DNA of 64,000 bases from Acidimicrobiales bacterium. Lineage in GTDB: Bacteria > Actinomycetota > Acidimicrobiia > Acidimicrobiales > Bog-793. The DNA is taken from the NCBI GenBank assembly GCA_035294085.1, contig DATGLP010000006.1, positions 2,595-66,594 on the forward strand, read 5' to 3'. The notes beneath the pieces are model-generated. The model ran no database searches, was not told the DNA's origin, and saw only the letters and a list, made by a program, of their open reading frames with translations. The position numbers and the translations under genes were made by a program. This document shows, piece by piece, positions 45,235-54,868 of the stretch (position 1 is its first letter; each line of letters opens with the position of its first letter).

Positions 45235-45869
45235 TCGAGGTCGCCGAGCGCATCGCCGTCCCGGTCCCGCCGAGGGCCGTCTTCGAGGTGCTCGCCGACG
45301 TACGCGCCGTCGCGTCCTGCATCCCGGGCGCATCGCTCGACCCGGAGGTCCTGGACGGCGCCTTCAGCGGCAGCCTCGCGGTGCGCTTCGGGCCGATGGT
45401 CGTCACCTTCCGAGGGCGCGGGACCCTCGAGCTCGAGGAAGGGGAGCTCAGCGGGCGCGTCCAGGCGCAGGGACGCGACGGGCGGGGCGGGACGCGCTTC
45501 CACGCGAGCGCCACCTTCCACGTGCTCGAGGAGCCCGACGGCGCCGCCGTCACGATCGACAGCAGGATCGACCTTCGCGGTCCGCTCGCCTCGGTCGTCG
45601 AGGCCGGCGCCGCCACGGTCGCGCGCGAAATGACCGCGGAGTTCGGTCGCGCCCTGCAGGCGCGCCTCGCCCCCGAACCTGCCCTCGCAGCCGCGGTCGA
45701 GGGCCCCGCACGCGCCGCGAGGCGGATCCCCGTGCGCCTCGTCCTCGAGGCGCTGCGCGCGACGCTCGCCGCTCTCCTCCGCAGGATCGCACGCCCCTTG
45801 CGCCGGCGCACCCCCGCCGAGGAGGCTACCGACGGCCCTGGCGCGCCGCTCGAGCGCGCGCAGCGCTAG
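45231..45869 (+). CDS. SRPBCC / CoxG-like protein
   Basis: GTG 45231 overlaps the cupin stop (GTGA). IAVPVPPRAVFEVLADVRAVASCIPGA...FSGSLAVRFGPM resembles the CoxG family. Confidence 0.55.
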   Translation: MIEVAERIAVPVPPRAVFEVLADVRAVASCIPGASLDPEVLDGAFSGSLAVRFGPMVVTFRGRGTLELEEGELSGRVQAQGRDGRGGTRFHASATFHVLEEPDGAAVTIDSRIDLRGPLASVVEAGAATVAREMTAEFGRALQARLAPEPALAAAVEGPARAARRIPVRLVLEALRATLAALLRRIARPLRRRTPAEEATDGPGAPLERAQR

Positions 45870-45914
45870 CGGTCGCAGGGGCAGCCGGTCGGCACGAACG
45901 ACGGAGGCACGGAC

Positions 45915-46754
45915 GTGGAGCGAGGACCGGTCACTGCTGCCATCGGATCGCCGCAAGCCGCCGCGGAACCTGGCGCCACCCCCGGCACACGGGTCGAGGC
46001 CGCGCTCGAGATCGACGCGGTGTCCTTCGCCTTCCCAGGCGCCGCGCCAATCCTCGAGGAGGTGACGCTGCGGGTCGACGCCGGGGAGATCGTCGCCCTC
46101 ATCGGCCCGTCGGGCTGCGGGAAGTCGACGCTGCTGAACCTCCTCGCAGGGGCGCTGCGCCCGAGCGCGGGCGAGGTCCGCTGCTTCGGGAGGTGCGTCA
46201 ACGGCCTGAACCGCCGCGTCGTCTACATGACCCAGCGTGACACGCTGCTGCCGTGGCGAAGCGCGCTCGACAACGCCGCCTTGCCCCTCGAGATCAAGAA
46301 GGTCCCCCGCGCCGAGCGCTACGCGCGTGCTCGGTCGGTCCTCGAGCTCGTCGGCCTCGCGGAGGCCGAGCGTCGCCGGCCCCACCAGCTCTCCGGGGGG
46401 ATGCGCAGCCGCCTGTCGCTCGCGCGCGCGCTACTCAGCGACGCCGAGGTCTTCCTCCTCGACGAGCCGTTCGCCGCCATCGACGCCCTCCTGCGGATCC
46501 GCCTGCAGCAGCTCCTCGTCGACCTCTGGGCGCGCACGCAGGTGGCGATCGTCTACGTCACCCACGATCTCAACGAGGCGATCGCGCTCGGCCACCGAGT
46601 CGTCGTCATGTCGAAGGGCCCGGGACGCGTCGCCCTCGAGCGGGCGATCGAGGCGCCGCACCCGCGCACCGTGGCTCGCTTCCGCGAGGAGCCGGAGGCG
46701 CAGCGCGCCTACAGCGCGCTCTGGGACGCCCTCGAGACGCAGCTGCCGAGATGA
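45915..46754 (+). CDS. ABC transporter ATP-binding protein (NitT/TauT-type)
   Basis: Walker A GPSGCGKST, signature LSGGMRSR, Walker B FLLDEPF. GGAGG lies before GTG 45915. Confidence 0.9.
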   Translation: MERGPVTAAIGSPQAAAEPGATPGTRVEAALEIDAVSFAFPGAAPILEEVTLRVDAGEIVALIGPSGCGKSTLLNLLAGALRPSAGEVRCFGRCVNGLNRRVVYMTQRDTLLPWRSALDNAALPLEIKKVPRAERYARARSVLELVGLAEAERRRPHQLSGGMRSRLSLARALLSDAEVFLLDEPFAAIDALLRIRLQQLLVDLWARTQVAIVYVTHDLNEAIALGHRVVVMSKGPGRVALERAIEAPHPRTVARFREEPEAQRAYSALWDALETQLPR

Positions 46755-47587
46755 GCCTGGCGACGCAGACGATCGGGGTGGGCCGGACGGCACGCGGGCT
46801 GCGCCGCCTCAACCAGGTCGACCTCGCGGCGCTCGCCGCGCGCCTCGGCACGCTCGGCGTCGTCGCCGCGCTCTGGCAGGTCTTCGCTGGCGGACCGAGG
46901 AGCGTGCTGCCCGCGGACGTGGTCGGTCGGCCGTCGAGCATCCTCGCCTCGCTCTGGCACCTGGTCGTCGACGGCCAGTTCTTCTCGTCGCTCGGCCTCA
47001 CGGCGCTCTCGGTGTGCTACGCCCTCGTGCTCGCGGTGCCGATCGGGGTCGGCCTCGGCCTCCTCACCACGATCCGGCCGATCGGCTGGCTCCTCCAGCC
47101 ACTCGTGAACCTGACCTACGCGATCCCGAAGGTCGGCCTCGTGACGCTGTACGTGCTGCTCCTCGGTACGCACCCCGACACGCACGTGGCCCTCGTCCTG
47201 AGCCAGATCCTCTTCGTCTTCTACTACGCCACCCGCCAGGCGATCCTCGAGCTCGACCCCGGCGTCGTCACCGCGCTGCGTCTGATGGGCGCCTCGCGCC
47301 TCAAGCTCGTCTGCTCGCTCGCCCTGCGAGCGGCGCTCCCGCACCTGCTCGCCGCGATCCGCCTGTGCGTCCCGCTCGCCTTCGCGACCGAGATCTTCGC
47401 CGAGCTGCGCGCCCCGACCTCGAGCGGGCTCGGGGTCCTCCTGCAGAACCTCATCACCGCTGGCGACGGCGCGGCGGCGATGGCGATCATGCTGTGCACC
47501 GCCCTCATCGGCTACCTGCTCGATCTCGTGATCGGGCGCCGGCTGCGCGCCTACACGACGTCCATCGGCGTCGGACTCCCGACGTGA
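46751..47587 (+). CDS. ABC transporter permease
   Basis: ATG 46751 overlaps the ATPase stop (ATGA). About 6 TM. EAA-like loop ATRQAILELDPGVVTALRLMGASRLK. Confidence 0.85.
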   Translation: MSLATQTIGVGRTARGLRRLNQVDLAALAARLGTLGVVAALWQVFAGGPRSVLPADVVGRPSSILASLWHLVVDGQFFSSLGLTALSVCYALVLAVPIGVGLGLLTTIRPIGWLLQPLVNLTYAIPKVGLVTLYVLLLGTHPDTHVALVLSQILFVFYYATRQAILELDPGVVTALRLMGASRLKLVCSLALRAALPHLLAAIRLCVPLAFATEIFAELRAPTSSGLGVLLQNLITAGDGAAAMAIMLCTALIGYLLDLVIGRRLRAYTTSIGVGLPT

Positions 47588-48378
47588 GCAATCCCCTACG
47601 CCTCGCCCGGCGCGCCGGCGCCTCCGTCCTCCAGTGGGCGTGCTCGCTCGGCCTCGGGTACGCGCTGTGGCGCTTCGTGCTCGCGCCGCACCTCTCCCCC
47701 GTCTTCTTCACGGGGCCCAACCAGGTGTTCTCACAGCTGCGGTCCTTCGCCGAGACCGGTGCGCTCTGGTCGATGGTGCGCGTCACCCTCTCCGAGGCCC
47801 TCCTCGGCTTCGCCCTCGGCGCAACGATCGGCGTCCTCCTCGCGGTTGCGATCGGCGTGCTGCCGAGCCTGTTCGCGAAGGTCGTCGAGCCGGTCGTCAG
47901 CGGCGTCTACGCCATGCCGAAGTTCGTGCTCGCCCCGATCCTGTTCGTCTGGGTCGGGACGGGGCTTCTGCCCCGCGCCTACCTCGTGCTCGCCGCCGTG
48001 CTGCCAGTCGTGACGATCTACACGGTGGGCGGGATCCGCACCGTCGACACCGACCAGGTGAAGATGCTCCTCCTCCTCGGGGCGAATCGCCGCCAGGTGG
48101 CGAGGACGCTCATCGTCCCCCACATGTTCCGCTACCTCATGACGTCGATCGCCGTCGTCATCCCGCACGCCCTCACCGTGGCGGTAGGCGCCGAGATCCT
48201 CTTCGGGGCGGACAACGGCATCGGGGGCACGCTGTACACCGCGGGCGAGTTCTTCCGCCCCGCCGCGGTGCTCGGGGCCCTCTTGGTCGGGACGATCATC
48301 TCCGCCGTCTTGATGGCGGCGTCGCGCGCGGTCGAGTCGCACTTCCTCGGTCGCATGGCGGGGAGCGCGCGAGGATGA
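47584..48378 (+). CDS. ABC transporter permease
   Basis: GTG 47584 overlaps the upstream stop (GTGA). About 6 TM. EAA-like loop GGIRTVDTDQVKMLLLLGANRRQ. Confidence 0.85.
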   Translation: MSNPLRLARRAGASVLQWACSLGLGYALWRFVLAPHLSPVFFTGPNQVFSQLRSFAETGALWSMVRVTLSEALLGFALGATIGVLLAVAIGVLPSLFAKVVEPVVSGVYAMPKFVLAPILFVWVGTGLLPRAYLVLAAVLPVVTIYTVGGIRTVDTDQVKMLLLLGANRRQVARTLIVPHMFRYLMTSIAVVIPHALTVAVGAEILFGADNGIGGTLYTAGEFFRPAAVLGALLVGTIISAVLMAASRAVESHFLGRMAGSARG

Positions 48379-48463
48379 TGGCGGCATCGGCCGCGCTCGC
48401 GGCGTGCCCGGGTTGTCCGCCGTGCCGGGCGGCTCACGGCGGCGCTGACGAAGGAGCGGAACG

Positions 48464-49213
48464 GTGGCCCTAGAGCAAGAGCGCGAGACGCGGTCGCTCG
48501 TCGACCGCGCCTACCTGCGGCTCAAGGCCGCGATCCACACCGGTCAGTTCCAGCCGGGGACCCGCCTTCGCGAGGTCGAGCTCGGCGAGTGGCTCGGCAT
48601 CAGCCGCACCCCGATCCGTGAGGCCCTGAACCGCCTCGAGTCCGAGGGCATGATCGAGGCCGCGCCTCGAGGCGGGCGCGTCGTGACCGGACTCGACCAG
48701 CAGCGCATGTCCGAGATCTACGCGGTGCGCGACGTCCTCGAGGGACTCGCCGCCGAGCTCGCCGCCGAGCACGCCTCGAGCGCGGAGCTCGCGACGCTGC
48801 GGGCGCTGCTCGACCAGCAGGCGCAGACGCCGGCGACGGACGCGATCGCCCTCGCCCAGCAGAACACCGCGTTCCACGACGTCATCTACCGAGCGGCTCG
48901 GAACCGCTACCTCGTCATCGTCCTGCGATCGCTCGAGAACGCCTCCGCCCTGCTCCCGGTGCCCGGGACGACGCACAGCGTCCCGCTGCCGGGCACGACC
49001 TACAACTTCCCCGGGCGCGCCGAGTCCGCCCTCGCGCAGCACCGCCAGCTCGTCGACGCGCTCGAGGCTCGGGACGCTGCCCGGGCGGGCAAGATCGCCC
49101 GCGAGCACATCCGCGAGGCCGAGCGCATCCGCCTGCTCATGCTCTCGGGGACGGGGGCTCCCGGACAGGCGCCAGCGGTCGACGGCCCGCTCGCCCGCCC
49201 CCATGCCGAGTAG
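48464..49213 (+). CDS. GntR family (FadR/FCD subfamily) transcriptional regulator
   Basis: AAGGAG lies before GTG 48464. wHTH ELGEWLGISRTPIREALNRLESEGMI, followed by an FCD-like helical domain. Confidence 0.9.
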   Translation: MALEQERETRSLVDRAYLRLKAAIHTGQFQPGTRLREVELGEWLGISRTPIREALNRLESEGMIEAAPRGGRVVTGLDQQRMSEIYAVRDVLEGLAAELAAEHASSAELATLRALLDQQAQTPATDAIALAQQNTAFHDVIYRAARNRYLVIVLRSLENASALLPVPGTTHSVPLPGTTYNFPGRAESALAQHRQLVDALEARDAARAGKIAREHIREAERIRLLMLSGTGAPGQAPAVDGPLARPHAE

Positions 49214-49250
49214 CAGGCGCGCCGGGCGCGAGCTGGAGGGCCGGACAGCG

Positions 49251-50687
49251 GTGCCGAAGCCCTTCATCATCGGCGACCGCTTCGTCGACGACGCCGACGA
49301 CGTCCTGGTGTCGACGAACCCGGCCGACGGCAGCGTCAACTGGGAGGTCTGCGCCGCCCGCGAGGACCACGTCGTCGAGGCGGTGCGCGTCGCCGACGAG
49401 GCGTGGCGCTCCTCCGGCTGGCGCGACCTCCTGCCCCACGAGCGGGCCCGGGCGCTCGCGCGGCTGGCGGCTGCGATCGAGGCGAACGCCGAGGAGCTCG
49501 CGACCGTGCAGCGGCGCGAGAACGGCAAGCTGGCACGCGAGTGCAGCGCCCAGGCGCGCGCCGCAGCGGCGACCTTCCGCTACTACGCAGCGGTCTGCGA
49601 GACGGTGGACGGCGATCTCACGCCACCGCGCGGCCCCTACCTGTCGATGTGCCTCTACGAGCCGTACGGCGTCGTGGCAGCGATCACGCCGTTCAACTCG
49701 CCCCTCACCCTCGAGGCCCAGAAGCTGGCCCCGGCGCTCGCCGCGGGCAACGCTGTCGTGCTGAAGCCCTCGGAGGTGACGCCGAGCGTGGCGATCGAGT
49801 TCGCCCGGCTCGCGCTCGACGCGGGGCTCCCGCCGGGCCTGGTGAACGTCCTCCCCGGCCGGGGCGACGTTGCCGCCGCGCTCCTCGAGCAGCCGGCGGT
49901 CCGCATGGTCTCCTTCACTGGCGGAACGACGACCGGCCACGCCGTGGCCGCGGCGGCGGCGCGGCGGATCATCCCGGCCGTGCTCGAGCTCGGCGGGAAG
50001 TCGCCGCACATCGTCTTCGCGGACGCGGACCTCGACGCGGCTGCCGACGCCGTCGCTTCCGGCATCTTCCAGGCGAGTGGGCAGTCCTGCGTCGCCGGCT
50101 CGAGGGTCCTCGTCGAGCGACCGATCGCCTCCCGCTTCGTCTCGGCGCTCGTCGAGCGAGCTCGGGCGCTGCGGGTCGGCGACCCGGCGTCGCCGGACGC
50201 ACAGATGGGGCCGCTCGCGAGCTTCGCCCAGCGCGAGCGCGTCGAGGCGTATGTCGCCGCCGCGCTCGCCGAGGGCGGGCGCGTCCTCGCCGGCGGGGAC
50301 CGGCCGGTGGGATCGGCGTACGATCGCGGCGCCTACCTCCTGCCGACGGTCATCGACGGGCTCGCGGCCGGTTCGCGCGTCCTTCGCGAGGAGATCTTCG
50401 GCCCGGTGCTCTGCATCGTCCGCTTCGACAGCGAGGAGGACCTCGTGACCGAGGCGAACGACACGCCCTTCGGCCTCGCCTGCGGAATCTGGACTGCCGA
50501 CTACCGCAGGGCGTGGCGCGTCGCTCGTGCGATCGAGGCCGGGACCGTGTGGGTCAACACCTACAAGGAGCTCAGCATCTCGACGCCCTTCGGCGGCTTC
50601 AAGCAGAGCGGGCTCGGGCGGGAGAAGGGGGTTCTCGGGCTGCGCAGCTACCAGCAGGCGAAGAGCCTCTACTGGGGTCTCGCCTAG
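49251..50687 (+). CDS. NAD(P)-dependent aldehyde dehydrogenase
   Basis: GTG 49251 follows GGAGGG. ELGGKSP, catalytic GQSCVAGSR, and PFGGFKQSGLGRE. Confidence 0.9.
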   Translation: MPKPFIIGDRFVDDADDVLVSTNPADGSVNWEVCAAREDHVVEAVRVADEAWRSSGWRDLLPHERARALARLAAAIEANAEELATVQRRENGKLARECSAQARAAAATFRYYAAVCETVDGDLTPPRGPYLSMCLYEPYGVVAAITPFNSPLTLEAQKLAPALAAGNAVVLKPSEVTPSVAIEFARLALDAGLPPGLVNVLPGRGDVAAALLEQPAVRMVSFTGGTTTGHAVAAAAARRIIPAVLELGGKSPHIVFADADLDAAADAVASGIFQASGQSCVAGSRVLVERPIASRFVSALVERARALRVGDPASPDAQMGPLASFAQRERVEAYVAAALAEGGRVLAGGDRPVGSAYDRGAYLLPTVIDGLAAGSRVLREEIFGPVLCIVRFDSEEDLVTEANDTPFGLACGIWTADYRRAWRVARAIEAGTVWVNTYKELSISTPFGGFKQSGLGREKGVLGLRSYQQAKSLYWGLA

Positions 50688-50707
50688 CCGTGGCCGGAGG
50701 ACGACCG

Positions 50708-51697
50708 GTGCGGCTCGGGCTGCTCGACCCGCTCGACGAGGGGCTCCTGCGCGAGCTCAGGGCACGCCTCCCGGCGCGCTGGGAGCTCGCCTGCGCGGCC
50801 TCCGCGCGCACCGACGACCAGGCCGCGGCGGCCCGAAGCGCAGACGCGGTCCTCGTCATCTGGTCCGCCGTGTCCCGCCCGGTCCTCGAGGCGTCGGCGA
50901 GCCTCCGCCTCGTCCAGAAGCTCGGCGTCGGCGTCGACAAGGTGGATCTCGAGTGCTGCCGGGAGCGGGGCGTCGCGGTCGCGCGTCTCGCCGGCGTGAA
51001 CGCGCCCGCCGTCGCCGAGCACGTCGTCATGCTCGTCCTCGCGTCGCTCCGGCGCCTCGCCAGCTCGGACCGCAGGGTGCGCGCCGGCGAGTGGTTCAAG
51101 GAGGAGGCACGCGCCTTCCAGCGGCAGCTGCGGGCCAAGACGGTCGGGCTCGTCGGTCTCGGCCACGTCGGTACCGAGGTCGCGAAGCGCCTTCGCCCCT
51201 TCGAGGTCCTCCTCCTCTACACCGACCTGCGCCGCGCCCCGCGCGCCACGGAGCGGCGCCTCGGCCTGCGCTTCGTCGGCCTCGACGAGCTGCTCGCCTC
51301 CTCGGACGTCGTCTCCCTCCACGTCCCGTACTCGCCGTCGAGCGCGAACCTGCTGAGCGCCGAACGCATCGCTCAACTGCGCGAGGGGGCCGTCGTCGTG
51401 AACTGCGCGCGCGGTGGACTCGTCGACGAGGACGCGCTCGCGGACGCACTCGCGAGCGGTCGGCTCGCTGGTGCCGGACTCGACACCTTCGCGGGCGAGC
51501 CGGTGGTGAGCGAGCGCCTGCGCGCGCTCGACACGGTCGTGCTGACGCCGCACTGCGCGGGAGCGGTCGCGGACAACTTCCCCTTCGTGGTCGAGCGCGC
51601 CCTCGCCAACGTCTCGTCCTACCTCGCGAGCGGCGAGCTGCCAGCCGAGGACCGCATCTTCGTGCCCGGCGCGGAGCACCCCGGCCTCGGTGGGTGA
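50708..51697 (+). CDS. D-isomer-specific 2-hydroxyacid dehydrogenase
   Basis: GTG 50708 lies 8 nt after GGAGG (GTG 50690 is an alternative). GLVGLGHVGTEVAKRL, NCARGGLVDE and TPHCAG. Confidence 0.85.
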   Translation: MRLGLLDPLDEGLLRELRARLPARWELACAASARTDDQAAAARSADAVLVIWSAVSRPVLEASASLRLVQKLGVGVDKVDLECCRERGVAVARLAGVNAPAVAEHVVMLVLASLRRLASSDRRVRAGEWFKEEARAFQRQLRAKTVGLVGLGHVGTEVAKRLRPFEVLLLYTDLRRAPRATERRLGLRFVGLDELLASSDVVSLHVPYSPSSANLLSAERIAQLREGAVVVNCARGGLVDEDALADALASGRLAGAGLDTFAGEPVVSERLRALDTVVLTPHCAGAVADNFPFVVERALANVSSYLASGELPAEDRIFVPGAEHPGLGG

Positions 51698-53153
51698 CGT
51701 GGACGCGCTGGTTCGCCGGCTCGTCGAGCTCACCTCGTCGTTCTCGCTCGCCGAGGTCCCGGATCGGGCCCGCCGGGCTGCCGTGCGCCACATCGTCGAC
51801 TCCGTCGCGTGCGCCATCGCCGGCTACGGCACCGAGCCAGGGCGCCGGGCGCGGCGCTTCGCCGGCGCGCTGCGCCACGAGCCCGGCGCGACCGTGATCG
51901 GCGCCGGCACGAAGAGCGCGCCGGCCTATGCGGCGTTCGCGAACACCGTGATGGTGCGCGCTCTCGACTGGAACGACGGCATGCTCGCCCGTGGCGGCGG
52001 CCACCCGAGTGACATGCTCGGGGCGCTCTTCGCGACCGGCGAGGTGGCCGGATCGTCGGGCGCGCAGGTGCTCGAGGCGACGGTCCTCGCCTACGAGCTC
52101 CTCGGCGCGCTCGGCCGCGTCGCGCCGCTCACCGAGCGAGGGTGGGACCAGGGGCTGTTCGTCGGCGCTGCCGCGGCGCTGGCGATGGGCAAGCTCCTCG
52201 GACTGCGCGAGCGCGAGCTCGCGAATGCGCTCTCGCTGTCGCTCGTGCCGGCAGTCCCGCTGCTCGTGACGCGGCGGGGAGAGATCTCGATGTGGAAGAA
52301 CGCCGCCACGGCCTGGGCCCTGCTCAATGCGACGAACGCTGTCGCGTTCGCCGAAGCAGGCATGACCGGCCCCTCGCACCCCTTCGAGGGGCCCTGCGGT
52401 GTCTTCGACCAGGTGACCGGCCGCATCGAGCCGCAGCTGCCCGCCGACCCCGAGGGCGCCCTCGTGATCGAGCTCTCCCACCAGAAGCTGTTCCCCGCCG
52501 AGTCGCACGCCCAGGCGCTCCTCGGGCTCCTGCCACGCCTTCGCGCCTTCACGAGCGTCGAGGAGATCGAGGCGATCGAGATCGAGGCCTACGCCGTGCT
52601 GCGCAACGCGATCGGCTCGCACCCTTCGGTCTACGATCCGAAGACGCCCGAGACCGCGGACCACAGCCTGCCGTACCTCCTCGCGGTCGGCCTCGTCGAC
52701 GGCGCGGTCACGCCCGCCTCCTTCACCCCCGAGCGCCTCGCCGACCCGGCGCTGCGCCCCCTCATGGCACGCATCTCGATTCGCGAGGATCCGGACCTCA
52801 CCGCGGGCTACCGCCCGGCGAGGAGCGAGATCTCCGGGGCGCCGCGCGCGAGGATCACGGTGCGCAAGCGATCCGGTGAGGTGCTCGAGGCGGAGGCCTC
52901 CTTCCCGAAGGGCCACGCGCGCAACCCGTTCGACGACGACGACGTGAACGCCAAGCTGGACGTGGCCTGCGCCGGTCGGCTGACCGAATCGCAGCGGGAG
53001 ACGGTGCGCGGCGCGTGGTGGCGGATCGAGGAGGCCCCGACGCTGGCGCCGTTGATGGCGACGATCGCCGACCTCGGTGCGTCGGAAGAGCCGGGGGCGA
53101 GAGGGCGCGCCACCTCGCGCGCCGCTAGGCCGGCGTCTCCGAGTACATCTTGA
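51690..53153 (+). CDS. MmgE/PrpD family protein (paralogue 3)
   Basis: 487-aa ORF overlapping the upstream gene by 8 nt. It has the same hallmark blocks as paralogues 1 and 2. Its 3' end overlaps the convergent GntR gene by 29 nt. Confidence 0.85.
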   Translation: MGDVDALVRRLVELTSSFSLAEVPDRARRAAVRHIVDSVACAIAGYGTEPGRRARRFAGALRHEPGATVIGAGTKSAPAYAAFANTVMVRALDWNDGMLARGGGHPSDMLGALFATGEVAGSSGAQVLEATVLAYELLGALGRVAPLTERGWDQGLFVGAAAALAMGKLLGLRERELANALSLSLVPAVPLLVTRRGEISMWKNAATAWALLNATNAVAFAEAGMTGPSHPFEGPCGVFDQVTGRIEPQLPADPEGALVIELSHQKLFPAESHAQALLGLLPRLRAFTSVEEIEAIEIEAYAVLRNAIGSHPSVYDPKTPETADHSLPYLLAVGLVDGAVTPASFTPERLADPALRPLMARISIREDPDLTAGYRPARSEISGAPRARITVRKRSGEVLEAEASFPKGHARNPFDDDDVNAKLDVACAGRLTESQRETVRGAWWRIEEAPTLAPLMATIADLGASEEPGARGRATSRAARPASPSTS

Positions 53154-53754
53154 GCCGCAGGTCGCGCGCCGCGCTCATGTGCTGTGCGGCGATCTTCGCC
53201 GCCTCCTCGGCCCTCCCCTCGCTGATGGCTTCGATGAGCGCCTCGTGCTCGCTGAGGACCGTTTCCCAGCGTCCGGGGTAGTTGAGGGTCGGCTCGGGGT
53301 AGCGGTGGAGGAGCGTGCTGATGCGCTCGAGCAGGTCGCGCAGCGTCCGGTTGTGGCTCGCCACCCAGATCTGTTCGTGGAAGGCCCGGTTCGCGCGGAT
53401 CCTCGCGTCGGCGTCCTCGAAGGGGAGCTGGCACATGTCCCGGTGGAGGTGGACGAGGCGGTTGAGGTCGAGCTCGCTCCGGCGCGACGCGGCCGAGCGT
53501 GCGGCGAACTCCTCGAGGAGGACGCGCAGCTCGTAGATCTCGAGGATCTCCTCCGGGCTCTGGCGCCGCACCTCGAGGCCACCACCCGTCGGCTCGACGA
53601 GGCCGTCCTGGCGCAGCTTGAGCAGCGCCTCGCGAATCGGCGTCCTCGACACACGGAAGCGCTTCGCCAGGGCAGTCGCAACGAGTGGCGTACCGGGCGC
53701 GAGCTTCCCCGTCACGATCTCGTCGCGCAGCGCGTCGTAGACGGAGCGTGCCAT
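53125..53754 (-). CDS. GntR family (FCD subfamily) transcriptional regulator
   Basis: 209-aa ORF. wHTH LAKRFRVSRTPIREALLKLRQDGLV, then an FCD-like domain. Confidence 0.9.
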   Translation of the reverse strand: MARSVYDALRDEIVTGKLAPGTPLVATALAKRFRVSRTPIREALLKLRQDGLVEPTGGGLEVRRQSPEEILEIYELRVLLEEFAARSAASRRSELDLNRLVHLHRDMCQLPFEDADARIRANRAFHEQIWVASHNRTLRDLLERISTLLHRYPEPTLNYPGRWETVLSEHEALIEAISEGRAEEAAKIAAQHMSAARDLRLKMYSETPA

Positions 53755-54086
53755 CGCGGGCGGCTAGCCCGGACCGGCGCGAGGACGGCGCCGCGGCACC
53801 CGGTGCGGACGCGCCCCGAACACGTCTGCACCACCGTGCCTACACCGACGCATCGTCCGCATCGTCGCCGCACCCTCCGTACCGGCACTACCGGCGGCCC
53901 GCGCTGAGGAAACCGGTGCTCAGGCTACCAGCGGGCCGAGACGAGGCGTTCCCCCGTCATCTCCGCGACGGCTGTCCTCCCCGTGATGGCGTCGCGGGGT
54001 CCGGGATCTGCCCGCTTCCCGCCGTAGCGGAACCGGCCCGGGACGCGGGCGCGGCCAGCCGGGGCGGCGCCCCGTAGCATCGAGAC

Positions 54087-54713
54087 ATGACCACCAAGAA
54101 CCTTGGACTCCTCACGCTCCGCCTCGGGGTCGGGCTGACGCTCTTCGCCCACGGAGCACAGAAGCTGTTCGGCTGGTTCGGGGGGCGTGGCCTCGCGGAG
54201 ACGGCCCGCTCCTTCGACACGATGGGCTTTCGTCCTGGCCGTGCGAGTGCCCTCGCGGCCGGGCTCGGCGAAGCCGGGGGCGGTCTCCTCCTCGCGGCGG
54301 GCCTCGCGACGCCCGCGGCCGGAGCGGCCGCCGGCGCGACGATGGCGGTGGCGGCGAGCACGCACGTGCCCAACGGCTTCTTCAACGCCAAGCGTGGGCT
54401 CGAGTTCCCCATGACTCTCGCCGTCGCAGCGGCGTCGCTCGCGCTCACGGGTCCGGGGTCGCTGTCCGTCGACCGACTCCTCGGCTGGGACGAGGTCCGA
54501 CCTCGTCTTCGCGTCGCCGCGCTCGCGCTCGGCGCGGCGGCTGCTGGCGCGGTGATCGGACGTCGCCGCCGCGCGGTGACGACGAGAAGCACGGCCGGGA
54601 CGGGTCCGGGACACGAGGCCGCGCGAGGCGAGGACGACGCCTCTCGCCAGGATGCCGGCCGATCTGGTCCAGACGGCCAGCGCGACGCGGGCATGGCCGC
54701 GGCGACCGCCTGA
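54087..54713 (+). CDS. DoxX family membrane protein
   Basis: 208-aa ORF. LRLGVGLTLFAHGAQKLFGWFGG and four TM helices. Charged C-terminal tail. Confidence 0.8.
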   Translation: MTTKNLGLLTLRLGVGLTLFAHGAQKLFGWFGGRGLAETARSFDTMGFRPGRASALAAGLGEAGGGLLLAAGLATPAAGAAAGATMAVAASTHVPNGFFNAKRGLEFPMTLAVAAASLALTGPGSLSVDRLLGWDEVRPRLRVAALALGAAAAGAVIGRRRRAVTTRSTAGTGPGHEAARGEDDASRQDAGRSGPDGQRDAGMAAATA

Positions 54714-54868
54714 GAACGGCGGTGACGAGGTAGCAGCGCGTGGCGCGGTCCTCGCTCGAGCGAGCCTGAGGAGGCGTCGCGGGCAGACCCGCTCCGGCGC
54801 CGCCTCCGAGCCCCGTCGATCGGCCGTCGCGACCAGTCGCGGAATGCCGTAGTGCTCTCTACGGTTGA

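Noticed and set aside
53755-54086. 332-nt gene-free leader upstream of DoxX, with hairpin CCGCGACG-N19-CGTCGCGG (53963..53997), as a possible riboswitch or sRNA
   Set aside because: I found no match to any riboswitch core I know. An 8-bp GC stem is unremarkable in DNA this GC-rich. There is no convincing small ORF. Left uncalled.
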